Positions 21,457 through 31,195 of a stretch of 64,000 nucleotides of DNA are shown piece by piece. The notes below the pieces were generated by a model that saw only the letters and a list, made by a program, of their open reading frames with translations, was not told the DNA's origin and ran no database searches. The position numbers and the translations under genes were made by a program. Within the stretch, counting starts at the first letter, position 1, and each line of letters starts with the position of its first letter. This DNA is from Alloprevotella sp. (GTDB taxonomy: Bacteria; Bacteroidota; Bacteroidia; Bacteroidales; Bacteroidaceae), in the NCBI GenBank assembly GCA_045630125.1, contig JAZQSL010000002.1:160914-224913 (forward strand), given 5' to 3'.

Positions 21457-21912
21457 ATGATAACATACAACACTGTCAATACAAAATTGCCCGCTGTGCG
21501 CAAAAAAGATATCACACTTTGGGTAAAGAAAGTGGCTGAAAAATATGGCAAAACTGTAGGCGAAATTGCATACGTATTTTGCGATGACGAAGAGATACTT
21601 CGTGTGAACCAGCAGTACTTGCAACACGACTACTATACAGATATTATCACCTTCGACTACTCCGAGGGCAACAAGATCAGTGGCGACCTCTTCATCAGTG
21701 TAGACACCGTGACAACAAACGCCGAACAATTCGGTCGCCCCTATGCCGAAGAGTTGCACCGTGTGATGATTCACGGCATCCTGCACCTCTGTGGCATCGA
21801 TGATAAAGGTCCAGGTGAACGCGAAATTATGGAAGCAGCAGAAGACGACGCCTTGAAGGTACTTCCTCCCACCGAAGCGATGGCATGGGACTTGCAATAT
21901 TTGCTGGATTAA
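21457..21912 (+). CDS. ybeY: rRNA maturation RNase YbeY
   Basis: HDYYTDIITF, GDLFIS and HGILHLCG motifs. Confidence 0.95.
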   Translation: MITYNTVNTKLPAVRKKDITLWVKKVAEKYGKTVGEIAYVFCDDEEILRVNQQYLQHDYYTDIITFDYSEGNKISGDLFISVDTVTTNAEQFGRPYAEELHRVMIHGILHLCGIDDKGPGEREIMEAAEDDALKVLPPTEAMAWDLQYLLD

Positions 21913-21954
21913 GAACAAAACTATTACGCTGAAATATAAATAAAAATAAACGAT

Positions 21955-23250
21955 ATGAATTTTGTAGAAGAATTGAAGTGGCGCGGTATGCTCCACCAAA
22001 TGATGCCCGGAACCGAGGAGTTGCTCGAAAAGGGTATGACTACTGCTTACGTAGGTATTGACCCTACTGCAGACTCTTTGCACATCGGTCACCTTTGCGG
22101 TGTGATGATGTTGAGACACTTCCAACGCGCTGGCCACAAACCTTTGGCGCTTGTTGGCGGTGCAACGGGTATGATTGGCGACCCTTCGGGTAAGAGCGCT
22201 GAGCGTAATCTCCTGAACGAAGAAACCCTTCGTCACAACGTCGCTTGTATTAAGGAACAATTGTCTCGCTTCCTCGATTTCGAAAGCGATGCACCCAATG
22301 CAGCCGAACTGGTCAACAATTACGACTGGATGAAGGATTATACATTCCTGGATTTCGCTCGTGAAATCGGAAAGCACATCACTGTCAACTATATGATGGC
22401 TAAGGATAGCGTGAAGAGACGTTTGAACGGCGAAGCAAGCGATGGTCTCTCATTTACTGAGTTTACTTATCAATTGCTCCAAGGTTACGACTTCCTCCAC
22501 CTCTATCAAGAGAAAAACTGTAAGCTCCAAATGGGTGGATCCGACCAATGGGGTAACATTACTACTGGTACAGAGTTGATCCGTCGTAAACTTGGTGCAG
22601 AAGCCGACGCATACGCGCTCACATGTCCTTTGATCACCAAAGCAGATGGTAAGAAGTTTGGTAAGACAGAGCAGGGCAACGTATGGCTCGACCGCCGCTA
22701 CACCACACCTTACAAGTTCTATCAATTCTGGCTTAATGTAGGCGACGCAGAAGCTGAACGCTACATCAAGATCTTTACTTCGCTCGAAAAAGAAGAAATC
22801 GACGCGTTGATCGCAGAACACCAAACAGATCCAGGTCGTCGCGTATTGCAAAAGAGATTGGGCGAAGAGGTAACTTGCCTTGTTCACGGTCGTGCAGACT
22901 ACGAGATGGCGCTCGAAGCATCTAATATCCTCTTCGGTAAGGCTACCAAAGAAAGTTTGACAAAACTCGACGAAGAAACTTTCCTTAGTGTATTCGACGG
23001 TGTGCCTCAGTTCGAAGTATCTCGCGAACAAGTTGTCGGTGCTAAGGCAGTAGATTTGTTTGCTGAAACTACCAAGTGCTTCCCTTCAAAGGGCGAAATG
23101 CGCAAGATGGTTCAAGGTGGTGGCGTAAGCCTTAACAAGGAAAAGCTCGCTGCTTTTGACTATGAAATTTCTGCCGAGGATTTGATCGAAGGTAAGTATT
23201 TGTTGGTGCAAAGAGGTAAGAAGAATTACTTCCTCATCATCGTAAAATAA
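21955..23250 (+). CDS. tyrS: Tyrosine--tRNA ligase
   Basis: [24 protein letters not shown] and KFGKT motifs; C-terminal S4 domain. Confidence 0.98.
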   Translation: MNFVEELKWRGMLHQMMPGTEELLEKGMTTAYVGIDPTADSLHIGHLCGVMMLRHFQRAGHKPLALVGGATGMIGDPSGKSAERNLLNEETLRHNVACIKEQLSRFLDFESDAPNAAELVNNYDWMKDYTFLDFAREIGKHITVNYMMAKDSVKRRLNGEASDGLSFTEFTYQLLQGYDFLHLYQEKNCKLQMGGSDQWGNITTGTELIRRKLGAEADAYALTCPLITKADGKKFGKTEQGNVWLDRRYTTPYKFYQFWLNVGDAEAERYIKIFTSLEKEEIDALIAEHQTDPGRRVLQKRLGEEVTCLVHGRADYEMALEASNILFGKATKESLTKLDEETFLSVFDGVPQFEVSREQVVGAKAVDLFAETTKCFPSKGEMRKMVQGGGVSLNKEKLAAFDYEISAEDLIEGKYLLVQRGKKNYFLIIVK

Positions 23251-23268
23251 GAAATATATGAAATAGAT

Positions 23269-23308
23269 TCAATCTGTCGGCAATGCAAATTGTTGGCAGA
23301 TTGATTTT
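23269..23308 (+). terminator. Intrinsic terminator after tyrS
   Basis: tcaatctgtcggcaat...attgttggcagattga followed by a T-run. Confidence 0.75.
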
Positions 23309-23353
23309 GCTTTTTCCTAGGTCTCACACTTCTCGTTTTTCCCCAATCCGTCG

Positions 23354-23893
23354 ATGATTCAGCACCCATTATCTCTGTTTTCCTACTGCCCTCGTTGCGG
23401 CGCGTCTGCGTTTGCGGAACACGATGCGCGCAGTAAGCGATGCCAGGCTTGTGGCTTTACCTATTATCACAATGCTTCGGCGGCCACGGTGGCGGTGATT
23501 GTCAACGCTAATAGGGAGTTGTTGGTTGTACGTAGGGCATACGATCCAGCAAAGGGGACCTTGGATCTGCCAGGTGGCTTTGTGGATCCCGGCGAAGGCG
23601 TGGATGATGGTTGTCGCAGGGAGGTGTTGGAAGAAACTGGCTTGCAGGTCAAACGCATGGAGTTTCTCTTCTCACTGCCCAACGTCTACGAATATTCAGG
23701 TTTCTCTGTGCATACAGCGGACTGCTTCTTCTTGTGTAAAATCGACGATGAAACCGCACTTTTTGCTGCCGACGATGCAGCAGAAGTACTCTGGATTCCC
23801 GTGGATGAATTGCGCTCGGAAGAGTTCGGCTTGCATTCTGTGCGTCGAGGTGTGGAGCGCTTGAAAGAAGAATATTTTGACAAACAGAAATAG
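23354..23893 (+). CDS. NUDIX hydrolase with N-terminal zinc ribbon (NudC-like)
   Basis: CPRCG...CQACG zinc ribbon; Nudix box PGGFVDPGEGVDDGCRREVLEETG. Confidence 0.9.
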   Translation: MIQHPLSLFSYCPRCGASAFAEHDARSKRCQACGFTYYHNASAATVAVIVNANRELLVVRRAYDPAKGTLDLPGGFVDPGEGVDDGCRREVLEETGLQVKRMEFLFSLPNVYEYSGFSVHTADCFFLCKIDDETALFAADDAAEVLWIPVDELRSEEFGLHSVRRGVERLKEEYFDKQK

Positions 23894-24019
23894 ATGATCA
23901 GCACTCGCCATAAGTGCCCGTCAAAAGAAAGATAAACCCTGTGCAAACAGAGATCCTATTTCAGTAAAGGAAATCTCTCTCCTCCAGGCATAGGACAAAC
24001 ATTATAAAAAAGAAATCAA

Positions 24020-24865
24020 ATGTCGAACAATCGGCCTCACTTATATCTTGTAAAAGTCGGTGGTAAAATCGTAGAAGATCCTGCTGCGCTGAAACTATTG
24101 TTAACCGCATTTTCTGCTTTGCCAGGCTATAAAGTCCTGGTGCACGGCGGCGGAAGGGCGGCAACAGACGTGGCAGCTCAACTCGGTATCGAAACAAAGA
24201 TGGTCGGAGGCCGTCGCATCACAGATGCTGATATGTTGCGCGTGGTAACTATGGTTTACGCTGGGTTGGTTAATAAAAATGTCGTGGCGCAACTCCAAGG
24301 GATGGGTATCTCGGCTATCGGTATGACAGGAGCAGACGCAGATGTAATCAGGGCAAACCGCCGACCAGTCGGAGAAGTAGATTATGGTTTTGTGGGAGAT
24401 GTTTCGCGTGTCGATGCGTCGCGTCTTTCGCTTTTGCTCAAAGGTGGTATTACTCCGGTCTTGGCACCATTGACTCACGACGGCGCGGGACAAATTCTAA
24501 ATACTAATGCCGACACCATTGCTGGCGAAGTGGCTGCAGCGCTCGCCGAGGAATTCGAAGTAGAACTGCTCTATGTCTTCGAATTTCCTGGTGTGATGCA
24601 AAATCCCGATGACTTGACTTCGGTAATACCACATATCAATCGCGAAAAGTTTACTCAATTGGCCGCAGATGGAGTTGTCGCAGGCGGAATGTTACCCAAA
24701 CTTGAAAATTGCTTAAAGGCCGTAGAACGTGGCGTACACCAAGTGCGCATTACACGCCTTGAAGAAAGCACAGCAACAGGGGAAACTGGCATAAATGCAG
24801 ACACGGCAGAAACTCCGCAATGTGTCGGTCGCTTTGCATCAGGTACATTGATTACACTTTCTTGA
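24020..24865 (+). CDS. argB: Acetylglutamate kinase
   Basis: VKVGG, VHGGG, GRRITD, LNTNAD and GGMLPK motifs. Confidence 0.92.
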   Translation: MSNNRPHLYLVKVGGKIVEDPAALKLLLTAFSALPGYKVLVHGGGRAATDVAAQLGIETKMVGGRRITDADMLRVVTMVYAGLVNKNVVAQLQGMGISAIGMTGADADVIRANRRPVGEVDYGFVGDVSRVDASRLSLLLKGGITPVLAPLTHDGAGQILNTNADTIAGEVAAALAEEFEVELLYVFEFPGVMQNPDDLTSVIPHINREKFTQLAADGVVAGGMLPKLENCLKAVERGVHQVRITRLEESTATGETGINADTAETPQCVGRFASGTLITLS

Positions 24866-24882
24866 AGAAAAAATAATACAAT

Positions 24883-26199
24883 ATGGATAACGAAAATAAA
24901 ATCTCATTGCAGGAAATCTCGGCACCGAAGAATCAGCCCATCCTCATTAATGGTGAACAGGTGGAAGTGATGGCGCCCGCTGGTTCCAGGGAATCTTTGG
25001 CCGCGGCTTTGCAAGCTGGTGCCGATTCCATTTACTTTGGTATCGAGGCTTTGAATATGCGCGCACACTCGGCGAGTCGTTTTACAATAGACGACTTACG
25101 TGATATCGCAATGATATGTGCTGAGCGCGGGGTGAAGTCTTATCTCACGGTGAATACGATTATTTATGACGACGACCTAGAACTGATGCGCCAGATTTGT
25201 GATGCTGCTCACGAGGCGGGTATTTCTGCTGTCATTGCGGCGGATGTGGCTGTGATGGACTACTGCAATCGCATCGGTCAGGAGGTTCACCTCTCTACGC
25301 AGTTGAATATTTCCAACACCGAAGCACTTCGTTTCTACGCTCGCTTTGCCGATGTTGTCGTTTTGGCTCGCGAATTGAATATGTTCCAAGTGCATCATAT
25401 CCGACAATTCATCGATCGCGAACAAATCAAGGGTCCTTCGGGCGAACCTCTTCGTATCGAAATGTTCTGTCATGGGGCGTTGTGCATGGCCGTTAGCGGA
25501 AAGTGCTATCTCTCCCTGGACAATCTCGGACGTTCTGCCAATCGTGGCGAATGTATGCAAGTGTGCCGCAGAGCCTACACCGTGCGCGACCGAGATACGG
25601 GCGTGGAACTCGATATAGACAATAAGTATATAATGAGTCCAAAAGATTTGAAAACTATCGGTTTCATCGACAAAATGGTCGGTGCTGGTGTGCGTGTTTT
25701 CAAAATTGAAGGACGTGCTCGCAGTGCAGAATATGTGTACAATGTGGTACGTTGTTACAAGGAGGCGTTGCAAGCTGTGGCTGATGGTACGTTTACGCCA
25801 GAGCGCGTCGCAGAGTGGGACGAAAAACTCTCGACTGTTTTCAACCGTGGTTTCTGGGATGGTTACTATCAAGGACAAAAACTCGGCGAATGGAGTGAAA
25901 AGTATGGTTCAAGTGCTACCGAGAAGAAAGTCTACGTAGCCAAAGGTGTAAAATACTTCTCACGCCTCGGTGTAGGTGAATTCTATGTTGAAGCAGGCGA
26001 GATCAATGTAGGTGATCGCCTACTGCTTGTCGGTCCGACTACAGGCGTACACTATCTGACAGCTACTGAAATTCACTTTGCAGATAAGGGCTCTATCCAA
26101 ACGGCAAAGAAGGGGCAATTAGTTTCAATACCTGTGCCCGACAAGATTAGATCTTCTGACAAACTCTATAAACTCGTGAAAAATGAACCTGCTTTTTGA
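24883..26199 (+). CDS. U32 family peptidase (PrtC/TrhP-like)
   Basis: EVMAPAG, HGALCMAVSGKC, NRGECMQVCR and FKIEGR motifs. Confidence 0.9.
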   Translation: MDNENKISLQEISAPKNQPILINGEQVEVMAPAGSRESLAAALQAGADSIYFGIEALNMRAHSASRFTIDDLRDIAMICAERGVKSYLTVNTIIYDDDLELMRQICDAAHEAGISAVIAADVAVMDYCNRIGQEVHLSTQLNISNTEALRFYARFADVVVLARELNMFQVHHIRQFIDREQIKGPSGEPLRIEMFCHGALCMAVSGKCYLSLDNLGRSANRGECMQVCRRAYTVRDRDTGVELDIDNKYIMSPKDLKTIGFIDKMVGAGVRVFKIEGRARSAEYVYNVVRCYKEALQAVADGTFTPERVAEWDEKLSTVFNRGFWDGYYQGQKLGEWSEKYGSSATEKKVYVAKGVKYFSRLGVGEFYVEAGEINVGDRLLLVGPTTGVHYLTATEIHFADKGSIQTAKKGQLVSIPVPDKIRSSDKLYKLVKNEPAF

Positions 26200-26809
26200 T
26201 TTCGGCGGGGTCTTGGTAGATCTCAACAAGCAAAGATGTATTGACGCCTTTGCAGGACTTGGATTCGACATTCGTCCCTTCTTGGGCACATACGCTCAGG
26301 CTGGTGTTTTCGCACAATTGGAAAGAGGTGAATTGTCCGTCGCAGAATTTTGCGAAGAGCTTAGACGATTGAGCGGACGCGCCGATTTGTCCAACGAAAC
26401 CTTGGTGAAAGCGTGGGAAAGTTACCTGATGGACGTACCAGCCGAACGTTTGGAGACATTGCTCAAGGCCAAAAAGAATTACCCCATCTATTTGTTGAGT
26501 AATACCAACGAGATCCATTGGCGACAAGGCAGAGAAGAATTCTTCCGCTACAAAGGTTTACAAGTCGAGGACTTCTTCGACGGCGTATTCCTCTCCTACG
26601 AGATGGGAGTAGAGAAACCGCACCCCTCAATCTTTGACAAAGTTGTTGAAGGTATTGGTTGCGCGCCTTCAGAAATACTCTTCTTCGACGATAGCGAAGT
26701 CAATTGCGAAGCAGCGCGTAAGCAAGGTTTGTTGGCGCGCTTGGCGCCTGCCGACGGAGTTTGGTTGAAGGATTTCGATGAGGCGGGAAAACTGACCTTT
26801 ACGCCTTGA
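26183..26809 (+). CDS. HAD family phosphatase
   Basis: FDFGGVL, LLSNTN, KP and FFDDS motifs. Confidence 0.88.
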   Translation: MNLLFDFGGVLVDLNKQRCIDAFAGLGFDIRPFLGTYAQAGVFAQLERGELSVAEFCEELRRLSGRADLSNETLVKAWESYLMDVPAERLETLLKAKKNYPIYLLSNTNEIHWRQGREEFFRYKGLQVEDFFDGVFLSYEMGVEKPHPSIFDKVVEGIGCAPSEILFFDDSEVNCEAARKQGLLARLAPADGVWLKDFDEAGKLTFTP

Positions 26810-26887
26810 AATAGATAAAAAGTGACGGTTTTATCGTAGGAAATGAGACCTGGTTGAGACGAAACTACGCGAAAGAAACGAAAGATA

Positions 26888-27838
26888 ATGGAGATTTTTA
26901 CCATCAATACACTGACTGTGAAAAGTGCTTTGCCTCGCCGTGCAGAATCGGGATTCTGTGCGACGATAGGCTTTTTTGATGGTGTGCATCTCGGACATCG
27001 TTTCCTGTTGGAGCAGGTCAAACAGCACGCTGCCCTGGAGGGTTTGCAGACCATGGCGATCACTTTCTCCGACCACCCACGCCGTGTGCTCAATCAAGCG
27101 TATCAACCCTCCCTACTTACTACCCGTGAAGAGCGCATCTCGTTGTTGTCGCACGAGGGTTTGGATGCTTGCGCCGTGCTGCAGTTTTCGCGCGAAATGG
27201 CTTCACTTTCTGCCTATGAGTTTATGCAAAAATGCCTTGCCGAGGCACTTGGTGTGAAAACCCTGGTGATTGGTTATGATCATCACTTTGGGAAAAAGAG
27301 CGCAGAGGGTTTTCAGGATTATCAGCGCTACGGCAACGAATTGGGAATCCAGGTGGTCGAGGCGCATCCCCTGACCTGCGGCGATTATACCGTCAGCTCC
27401 TCGCTAGTACGTAAATCCCTGGAGCAAGGCAATGTCGTTCTCGCAGCACAAGCCTTGGGCAGAAACTATAGTCTGCACGGAACGGTGGTGCATGGTCATA
27501 GAGTAGGGGGCGAAATTGGTTTTCCTACGGCAAATCTCCAACCCCAGTCCACACAACTATTAGTGCCTGGCATCGGAGTCTACGCCGGATGGGCACAGGT
27601 CGACGGCGAAATGTATGGCGCAATGATTAATATCGGTCGACGTCCGACTCTAGACAATGGTGACAACGTCTCGATCGAAGCCCATCTGTTTGATTTCACC
27701 GGCAACCTTTACGGCGAAGCAATTACCCTGCAATTCGTGGAAAAGATGCGCGAAGAAATGAAATTTGCTGATATTTCGGCTTTAATAAGACAATTGAAAA
27801 ACGATGCAGACGTTGCAAGAAAAATATTGTATGTATGA
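26888..27838 (+). CDS. ribF: Bifunctional riboflavin kinase/FAD synthetase
   Basis: IGFFDGVHLGH, GYDHHFG, GFPTAN and NIGRRPT motifs. Confidence 0.96.
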   Translation: MEIFTINTLTVKSALPRRAESGFCATIGFFDGVHLGHRFLLEQVKQHAALEGLQTMAITFSDHPRRVLNQAYQPSLLTTREERISLLSHEGLDACAVLQFSREMASLSAYEFMQKCLAEALGVKTLVIGYDHHFGKKSAEGFQDYQRYGNELGIQVVEAHPLTCGDYTVSSSLVRKSLEQGNVVLAAQALGRNYSLHGTVVHGHRVGGEIGFPTANLQPQSTQLLVPGIGVYAGWAQVDGEMYGAMINIGRRPTLDNGDNVSIEAHLFDFTGNLYGEAITLQFVEKMREEMKFADISALIRQLKNDADVARKILYV

Positions 27839-28623
27839 AAAACTCACTATTGTTAATATTGCTCTTTCTGGGTATGCAGGTAGTAGCTATGTGCATAGCA
27901 CTTTTGGGGGTGAATATGCCGAATTTGGCAGCCGGAAAGGGTTTGGATGAAACTTTGCTATTGGCTGATTCACGCGTTTCGCTTTATGCTTTGCTCGCCG
28001 TAGACCTGTTGGTGATAGGTGTGCTTTATTTGACAAAAGTCTGTCGCAGGGAAGCATTTGTTCGTCGTATTCGCTTGACTCAACGCGAGGTCGTGTTGGG
28101 ACTGTGTGCTTTCGTTTTACTCGTCCTCGGCGCCTCCTTCCTTTCCAGTCTGATTCCGCTGCCCGACGGTGGAACTACTGCAGTATTTTCCAGTGTCAAG
28201 GACGATTTCTTCTGCTTGTTGTTGCTCTGCGTCGTAGGACCGTTGACTGAGGAAGTAATCTTCCGCGAAGGCATCCTGAGAAATCTTGTCCAATCCAACT
28301 GGAATCCGATGGTGGCAGTGTTGATTTCGGCAGCAGCCTTCGCCATCGTTCACGGCAATTTGGCACAAATCATCCCCGCCCTGGTTCTCGGTATTGCCCT
28401 GGGCTTATTCTATCTGCGCACCGGCAATTTGTGGTTCTGTACCCTGGCGCACGTGCTCAATAATACTGCCGCCGTGATATTGCTCAACCTGCCCGGGGGC
28501 GAAGATTGGATGCATGATATGTCCACTCTGCCTTTGTTGGCTTGTACCCTGGTGACATTTGGCGCAGGTGCTTTTCTCCTTAATAAATGGTGGGGGATGA
28601 AGTCTCTGCCTCAGACCAAATAG
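27835..28623 (+). CDS. CPBP (CAAX/Abi) intramembrane metalloprotease
   Basis: EEVIFRE, FAIVH and HVLNN motifs; multiple TM segments. Confidence 0.9.
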   Translation: MKNSLLLILLFLGMQVVAMCIALLGVNMPNLAAGKGLDETLLLADSRVSLYALLAVDLLVIGVLYLTKVCRREAFVRRIRLTQREVVLGLCAFVLLVLGASFLSSLIPLPDGGTTAVFSSVKDDFFCLLLLCVVGPLTEEVIFREGILRNLVQSNWNPMVAVLISAAAFAIVHGNLAQIIPALVLGIALGLFYLRTGNLWFCTLAHVLNNTAAVILLNLPGGEDWMHDMSTLPLLACTLVTFGAGAFLLNKWWGMKSLPQTK

Positions 28624-28731
28624 ATAGAATAGTTGCGATGAAATCGCATATTTCTGATATAATACATTCCCGCTTTTGATTCGGTTTTCTGCGGATTCAC
28701 CGATGAAATCGGCAATAAATAGTTTTGCGAA

Positions 28732-29754
28732 ATGAAAATAGGTAATATCGATTTGGGCGAACGTCCCTTGCTTTTAGCCCCGATGGAGGATGTCACAGAT
28801 ATTGGTTTCCGTCTGCTCTGTCGGCAGTTGGGCGCCTCGATGGTGTATTCAGAGTTCGTAGCCGCCGACGCCTTGGTGCGCATGGTCAATAAGAGTCTGG
28901 AGAAGTTGACCGTCTGCGACGAGGAGCGCCCCGTGGTGATACAGATCTACGGCAAGGACCCCATAGCCGTGCGCGATGCGGCACAGATCGTAGTAGAGCG
29001 CGCACGCCCCGACGTGCTCGACATCAACTTCGGTTGCCCCGTGAAAAAGGTGGCTGGCAAGGGTGCAGGTGCAGGGATGTTGCAAAATGTGCCCCTGATG
29101 CTCGAGATTACCCGCGCCGTAGTGGATGCCGTAGATCTGCCCGTGACCGTCAAGACCCGACTGGGCTGGGATGATAGCCATAAGATTATCGTGCCCCTGG
29201 CTGAGCAGCTGCAAGATTGCGGTATCCAAGCCCTCACCATACACGGACGAACCCGAGCACAGATGTATACTGGTGAAGCCGACTGGACACTGATTGGCGA
29301 GGTGAAGAACAATCCCCGCATGCACATCCCCATTATTGGCAACGGCGATGTCTGTTGTGCCGACGATGCCCGTCGTGGTTTCGAGCAGTATGGTGTCGAT
29401 GCCGTGATGATCGGACGTGCTACATTCGGCCGCCCATGGATATTCAAGGAAATCAGAGATTCTGAAGGATTTTCGCCCATTTCATCGGCAGAAACCGAGG
29501 CTGTGATCGATAGCCAGTACGCACCATTGACCCCAGACTGGATGCTCGATGTGCTCAAAGCACAGGTACTGCAAAGCGTAGAACGCGCCGGCGAGCGTGG
29601 TGGTATCCTGCACACACGCAGGCACTTGGCTGCGACACCGCTGTTCAAGGGTATTCACAATTTCCGCCAGACACGCATCGATATGCTTCGCGCCGAAACT
29701 GTCGAGTCACTCTTTGAGATCATGGAACGTGTGCGCGGCATGTTGCCACGTTGA
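28732..29754 (+). CDS. dusB: tRNA-dihydrouridine synthase B
   Basis: LAPMEDVTD, DINFGCP, HGRTR and GNGD motifs. Confidence 0.93.
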   Translation: MKIGNIDLGERPLLLAPMEDVTDIGFRLLCRQLGASMVYSEFVAADALVRMVNKSLEKLTVCDEERPVVIQIYGKDPIAVRDAAQIVVERARPDVLDINFGCPVKKVAGKGAGAGMLQNVPLMLEITRAVVDAVDLPVTVKTRLGWDDSHKIIVPLAEQLQDCGIQALTIHGRTRAQMYTGEADWTLIGEVKNNPRMHIPIIGNGDVCCADDARRGFEQYGVDAVMIGRATFGRPWIFKEIRDSEGFSPISSAETEAVIDSQYAPLTPDWMLDVLKAQVLQSVERAGERGGILHTRRHLAATPLFKGIHNFRQTRIDMLRAETVESLFEIMERVRGMLPR

Positions 29755-29802
29755 TTTTTTATTGTCAAAAGTATAGAAAAAGAGACCACGAAAAAACCTT
29801 AG

Positions 29803-29888
29803 AAAAATTTCGCGCCGTCTCGTTAAAAAAAAGTCAAATGTTTTTTAAAAAAGGTCTTGGTTTTTTTGTAAAAGGTTAGACTTTTTTT
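29803..29888. repeat. 21-bp-module array, copy 5 (B-A-A-A; reverse of copies 1, 3 and 8)
   Basis: aaaaatttcgcgccgtctcgtt followed by A modules with cores gtcaaatg, ggtcttgg and ggttagac. Confidence 0.9.
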
Positions 29889-29931
29889 ACACCCATTAAA
29901 TACCCTATTTTTTTCAGTAAATAAATATACT

Positions 29932-31017
29932 ATGAAAACACTCTTTGTGCTCCTTCCTATAGTCTATCTCGCTGGTAATGGTTATCTGTTTTACAGACTA
30001 TTGCAGACGGCGTCTTGCCTGCCTATGTGGAGCAAGATTTTGCTTTCGGTCGTCTATTGGATAGTCGCCTTTTCGCTATTCATTTCATTGGGCTTGCGCG
30101 ACACAGACTTGCCTCATGGCCTCCTTCGCACCCTCTTTGCCGTAGGTTCCGTATGGCTTGTCTTCCTGCTCTACGCCGTGATGCTACTGCTCGTCGCTGA
30201 TATTGTCAAGCACTTCTTCCCGGCGATGGGCAATCCGCTGTGGTATGTATTGCCCTTGACCACAGCTATCCTGCTGTACGGCTACGTCAACTACAAACAC
30301 CCCAAAATCGAACAAATCAAGATCTCGACCCCGTATGATTTGGGCGGCAAAACCCTGCGTGCTGTGGTCGTCAGCGATGTCCACTTGGGATACGGTACAG
30401 GTGTGGCTTCGTTGAAAAAATATGTGCAGATGATCAATGCGCAAAAGCCCGATGTCGTGCTGATCGTCGGCGATTTGATCGACAACAGCATCACCCCCTT
30501 GCTAAACCGACCTTTCGATCAAATTTTGTCTGAAATCCAAGCACCGCAAGGTATCTATATGGTGCCAGGAAATCATGAATATCTCAGTGATATTGATCGC
30601 GTGAAGGATTATCTGGGTCGCACTCCCATTACACTGCTGCAAGACTCCATAGTAACTCTGCGCGAAGGAATACAGATAGTGGGCCGAGATGATCTGCATA
30701 ACAAGCGCCGTCTGCCACTGGAACAACTGTTGGCACGGACTGATCGCGAGCGGCCTACGATAGTTCTCGATCACCAACCCTATCACCTCTACAAGGCAGA
30801 TTCGTTGGGCGTCGACGTGATGCTTTGCGGACATACACATCGCGGTCAGATATTCCCCCTAAACCTACTGGTCGATCAACTTTACGAGCAGAGTCATGGC
30901 TATCGCAAGTGGTCTCATTCACACATTTGGGTATCCAGCGGCCTCTCCCTTTGGGGGCCAACTTTCCGCATCGGAACAAATAGCGAGTTGGCGGTGATCG
31001 AAATTTCAGGTGTTTGA
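29932..31017 (+). CDS. Membrane-anchored metallophosphoesterase (YkuE-like)
   Basis: N-terminal TMs; SDVHLG, GDLID, GNHE and GHTHRGQ motifs. Confidence 0.9.
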   Translation: MKTLFVLLPIVYLAGNGYLFYRLLQTASCLPMWSKILLSVVYWIVAFSLFISLGLRDTDLPHGLLRTLFAVGSVWLVFLLYAVMLLLVADIVKHFFPAMGNPLWYVLPLTTAILLYGYVNYKHPKIEQIKISTPYDLGGKTLRAVVVSDVHLGYGTGVASLKKYVQMINAQKPDVVLIVGDLIDNSITPLLNRPFDQILSEIQAPQGIYMVPGNHEYLSDIDRVKDYLGRTPITLLQDSIVTLREGIQIVGRDDLHNKRRLPLEQLLARTDRERPTIVLDHQPYHLYKADSLGVDVMLCGHTHRGQIFPLNLLVDQLYEQSHGYRKWSHSHIWVSSGLSLWGPTFRIGTNSELAVIEISGV

Positions 31018-31143
31018 CAAAAACGGTGCAGTCCCCGGTGCTTTTTTCGGGGAATTAGGGAATAATCGCCATTTTTTAAGCCAACAGAGCGCAAAAAGCA
31101 CGAAAAAAAGCACGATAAAAGCAAGTGGCTCAAAATAAATCTG

Positions 31144-31151
31144 TAACTTTG
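31144..31151 (+). promoter_or_regulatory. -7 box for pnp
   Basis: TAACTTTG match. Confidence 0.7.
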
Positions 31152-31195
31152 TGCGATTTATAGAAGTATTTCACAACTTTTTAAGTAAAAATAAG

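Noticed and set aside
31093-31125. AAAAGCACGA short tandem repeat upstream of the pnp promoter
   Set aside because: Only 2-3 short A-rich copies, consistent with local slippage.
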